NCBI GenBank assembly: GCA_029945985.1
Contig: JAQSDP010000334.1
Span: 1-27,566 of the forward strand
Origin: a bacterium
Lineage (GTDB): Bacteria > Acidobacteriota > Blastocatellia > Pyrinomonadales > Pyrinomonadaceae
DNA: 27,566 bases
Direction: 5' to 3'
Shown here: positions 25,599 through 27,566 of the stretch, in pieces
Numbering within the stretch: position 1 is the first letter of the stretch
Layout: each line of letters starts with the position of its first letter
Translations under genes and position numbers: made by a program
Notes under the pieces: model-generated
Told to the model about the DNA's origin: nothing
Database searches by the model: none
What the model saw: only the letters and a program-made list of their open reading frames with translations

Positions 25599-25699
25599 CA
25601 TTGGCGCGTGCCACATTTGCTCGAAATTTTGAAAGGTCGGAAGTACCGACGAACTAACACTCGAGTTCGAATTTTAGTATCATCGTGTCGTTTTACCCG

Positions 25700-26797
25700 A
25701 TGCGGATATTGCACGTTTCATCTTCGAGGACGTTCGGCGGCGGCGAGCGGCATGTCGCGGACCTTACGCGTGGACTTGTAGAGCGCGGCCACGAGATATT
25801 CGTCGCGCTTCGGCCGACGAATGAATGGCAGCATCGGCTAAGCTTTCTTCCGCCGAAAAACATAATGCACGTGTCGATCAGAAATTCGTTCGGCGTGCTC
25901 AGTTCGATGCGGATCGCGGACTTTGTCCGGCTGAACAAGATCGACATCGTGCACGCCCACGTCGCACGGGACTACATACCGGCCAGTATCGCGGTACTCG
26001 CCGTTAAAGACGCGCGATTCGTACTGACTCGCCACGTCTTGTTTCCCCTTAAGCCCTTTAATAAGTTCGCTTTGAAGAATTTGTCAGCGGCGATCGCCGT
26101 GTCGGATGCGGTCGGTACGGGGCTGAAAAAGGTCTTTCCCCCGGGCAAGATAAGCGTGATCAAGAACGGGCTCAACGTCATGCCGATGGCACCGGAAGAA
26201 GAGGCAACGCTGCGGAGAGAGTTTCGCGAGTTTCACGAATTGCCGCCGGACGCGACGGTCATCGGGACGCTCGGCGAATTGGTCGAGCTTAAAGGCCAGC
26301 GGGATTTTGTCCTTGCAGCGAACGAGATCAGCAAACGGTTTCCTGACACTCATTTCGTCGTCGTGGGCAGAGACAATTCCGCCGACCGCAAATTCCGCCG
26401 CGAGCTTCGCCGTCTTGTGAAGGTTTTCGGAATGGAAGACCGATTCCTGTGGCTTGATTGGATCGATGACACCGATTCGTTTTTCGCTGCGATCGATATC
26501 TTCGTCTCTCCATCGCACTCGGAAAGCTTCGGCCTCGCCATGCTCGAAGCCATGATGCATGGCCGCCCTGTCGTTGCGACCGCCACCGAAGGAGCCCGCG
26601 AACTCTTTGGCAAGTCCGCCCCGCTCGCCAAGATCAAAGACCCCGTCGACCTCGCCGCGAAAATATCCGAACTGCTTGCGGACGAGCCTCTCCGCGAATC
26701 GCGCGGCCGCGAAAACCGACAGTCAGCCGGCGAGAAGTTCTCGCTGGAACGAATGCTCGACGAAACCGAAAAGCTTTACCAAAAATTGATTGCATAA
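25700..26797 (+). CDS. Glycosyltransferase family 4 (GT-B fold)
   Basis: MRILHVSSSRTFGGGERHV, IVHAH, VLTRH, LKGQRDF, DIFVSPSHSESFGLAMLEAM (Ex7E); likely ATG at 25700. Confidence 0.92.
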   Translation: MRILHVSSSRTFGGGERHVADLTRGLVERGHEIFVALRPTNEWQHRLSFLPPKNIMHVSIRNSFGVLSSMRIADFVRLNKIDIVHAHVARDYIPASIAVLAVKDARFVLTRHVLFPLKPFNKFALKNLSAAIAVSDAVGTGLKKVFPPGKISVIKNGLNVMPMAPEEEATLRREFREFHELPPDATVIGTLGELVELKGQRDFVLAANEISKRFPDTHFVVVGRDNSADRKFRRELRRLVKVFGMEDRFLWLDWIDDTDSFFAAIDIFVSPSHSESFGLAMLEAMMHGRPVVATATEGARELFGKSAPLAKIKDPVDLAAKISELLADEPLRESRGRENRQSAGEKFSLERMLDETEKLYQKLIA

Positions 26798-26801
26798 GTG
26801 A

Positions 26802-26827
26802 AGAAGCCCCGCGCGTCAGCAGAGGGG
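26802..26827 (+). repeat. REP-like element directly after the GT4 stop
   Basis: AGAAGCCCCGCGCGTCAGCAGAGGGG aligns with GAAGCCCCCGCGTAAGCAAGGGCG at 13110. Confidence 0.65.
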
Positions 26828-26978
26828 AAATGCACAGTTGTTGGGAGGCATGATCTGATCAAATCGATCCGTCCTGACTTTCATCGAACGCTGCGGCCAC
26901 ACCCCTTGGGAAGAGAAATCCGAAGAAACCTTCAAATTGATGCGCGAATTTCTTTCGAAGGGCAAAATGAGCCCCTGA
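26828..26978 (+). pseudogene. Possible decayed C-terminal fragment of an alpha/beta hydrolase
   Basis: One frame gives KCTVVGRHD. After a frameshift, 26859-26978 gives SNRSVLTFIERCGHTPWEEKSEETFKLMREFL...*, resembling the GxxD and GHxPxxE...F...L ends of hydrolases. No start codon or N-terminal part. Confidence 0.3.
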
Positions 26979-27107
26979 AGGCCATCCGCGCCGAGGTATC
27001 GAAGGGACGAAATACGACAAGGATCCATAGTACTCAAAAATGGGATCTCTGCCGGTGGGGTGTCCGAATGGCGGGAAGACGCCTTTCGAAAGTCGAGCAA
27101 ACATTTG

Positions 27108-27566
27108 CTACCCAAAACCGTAGGTAGGCACGGTCGATACGTAGCCATAAAAGTTACGATAGAAACTTTCGAGCGGATAAGTGCCCGTAGGGGGTATGCC
27201 CATAAGCTTGCCCCACGAATACACGCCAAATTTGATCGTCCCATTATGGACGGTCATGGTCTTTGTCAGCACCACCCAGTGGTTCGGCAGAACGGACCGA
27301 TGAGCGAACTTGAATGGTTCCAGCATCTGCATGTTGATGAAAAGGCAGATGCGGGAATGATGAAAGTTTCTTATGCAGTCGTCTACTTCGCTCTTTCCCT
27401 TGAGAAAGTAAACGTTTGTGTCATTGCGCGTTCCTCGCCACTTCACTTTATTGAACCAGCTGGCCAGAGCATGCGGCATCGTGATCCCAGCTGCCGTGTC
27501 ATTCGCTGACGAATAGTCTAAAAGCGAGTTTTCGGAATCGCGGAGACTTGCAAGGGCGATCCAGTC
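27108..27566 (-). CDS. C-terminal part of an uncharacterised protein, possibly papain-like fold; truncated by the right edge
   Basis: The frame of ORF 27108-27479 stays open to the window end: DWIALASLRDSENSLLDYSSANDTAAGITMPHALASWF...PNHWVVL...KFGVYSWGKL...FYGYV. Codon usage is less GC-rich than in core genes. Confidence 0.65.
   Translation of the reverse strand, partial: DWIALASLRDSENSLLDYSSANDTAAGITMPHALASWFNKVKWRGTRNDTNVYFLKGKSEVDDCIRNFHHSRICLFINMQMLEPFKFAHRSVLPNHWVVLTKTMTVHNGTIKFGVYSWGKLMGIPPTGTYPLESFYRNFYGYVSTVPTYGFG

Noticed and set aside
118-26789. Numerous long antisense or alternative-frame ORFs overlapping core genes (for example 390-887, 2885-3496, 6881-7447, 11740-12318, 26084-26560)
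   Set aside because: Expected shadow ORFs in GC-rich coding DNA; no recognisable domains.
25700-26797. GT4 as the missing BshA for bshB1
   Set aside because: About 10 kb away, different transcription unit, and lacks the HYAIPH-type motif I associate with BshA; generic envelope GT4 is more likely.
26859-27110. 81-aa minus ORF in frame with the upstream gene after TAG-CAA-ATG (possible read-through or nonsense mutation)
   Set aside because: No RBS or recognisable motifs, and the upstream protein seems to end naturally after FYGYV. The UAG-CAA read-through context is a eukaryotic/viral signal. Homologues extending past the TAG would reopen this.
27549-27560. GCAAGGGCGATC match to the REP-like core
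   Set aside because: It encodes W-I-A-L-A on the minus strand inside the truncated terminal CDS and lacks the rest of the element; probably coincidence.
1-27566. CRISPR array, tRNA/rRNA, transposase, integrase or phage genes
   Set aside because: No regularly spaced repeat-spacer units, no cloverleaf or rRNA motifs, and no DDE/HUH/recombinase ORFs seen. The REP-like copies are kilobases apart and are not an array.

Overview
A mostly core-genome bacterial window. Gene content suggests Acidobacteriota, probably Blastocatellia; this is inferred from an Oar-like TonB-dependent receptor, a CarboxypepD_reg-type C-terminal domain and conserved secreted hypotheticals. It opens with a complete elongasome cluster (mreB-mreC-mreD-mrdA-rodA) followed by a class A PBP. 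A minus-strand lipB-lipoprotein-gdx/sugE-esterase run comes next. The middle holds a mixed block: a single-Cys redoxin, PepSY, an MBL hydrolase, a frameshifted bshB1-like deacetylase coupled to a coiled-coil J-domain protein, an HI0933/YhiN flavoprotein, DinB, YceI, a D-Ala-D-Ala dipeptidase and a PilZ-like protein. An orphan 1100-aa TonB-dependent receptor, a GT4 glycosyltransferase and a lower-GC right edge with a truncated putative papain-like protein close the window. I found no tRNA, rRNA, CRISPR array or transposase. The main unexplained signals are: (1) a dispersed ~25-30 nt REP-like palindrome family, about 8 copies, all intergenic, two with a GTAG leader; (2) an orphan sigma70 promoter plus terminator defining a ~110-nt candidate sRNA; (3) a one-base frameshift in bshB1; (4) phased TGTAA direct repeats in the AT-rich region before the TonB receptor. 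All protein family calls come from motif recognition by eye, not database searches.
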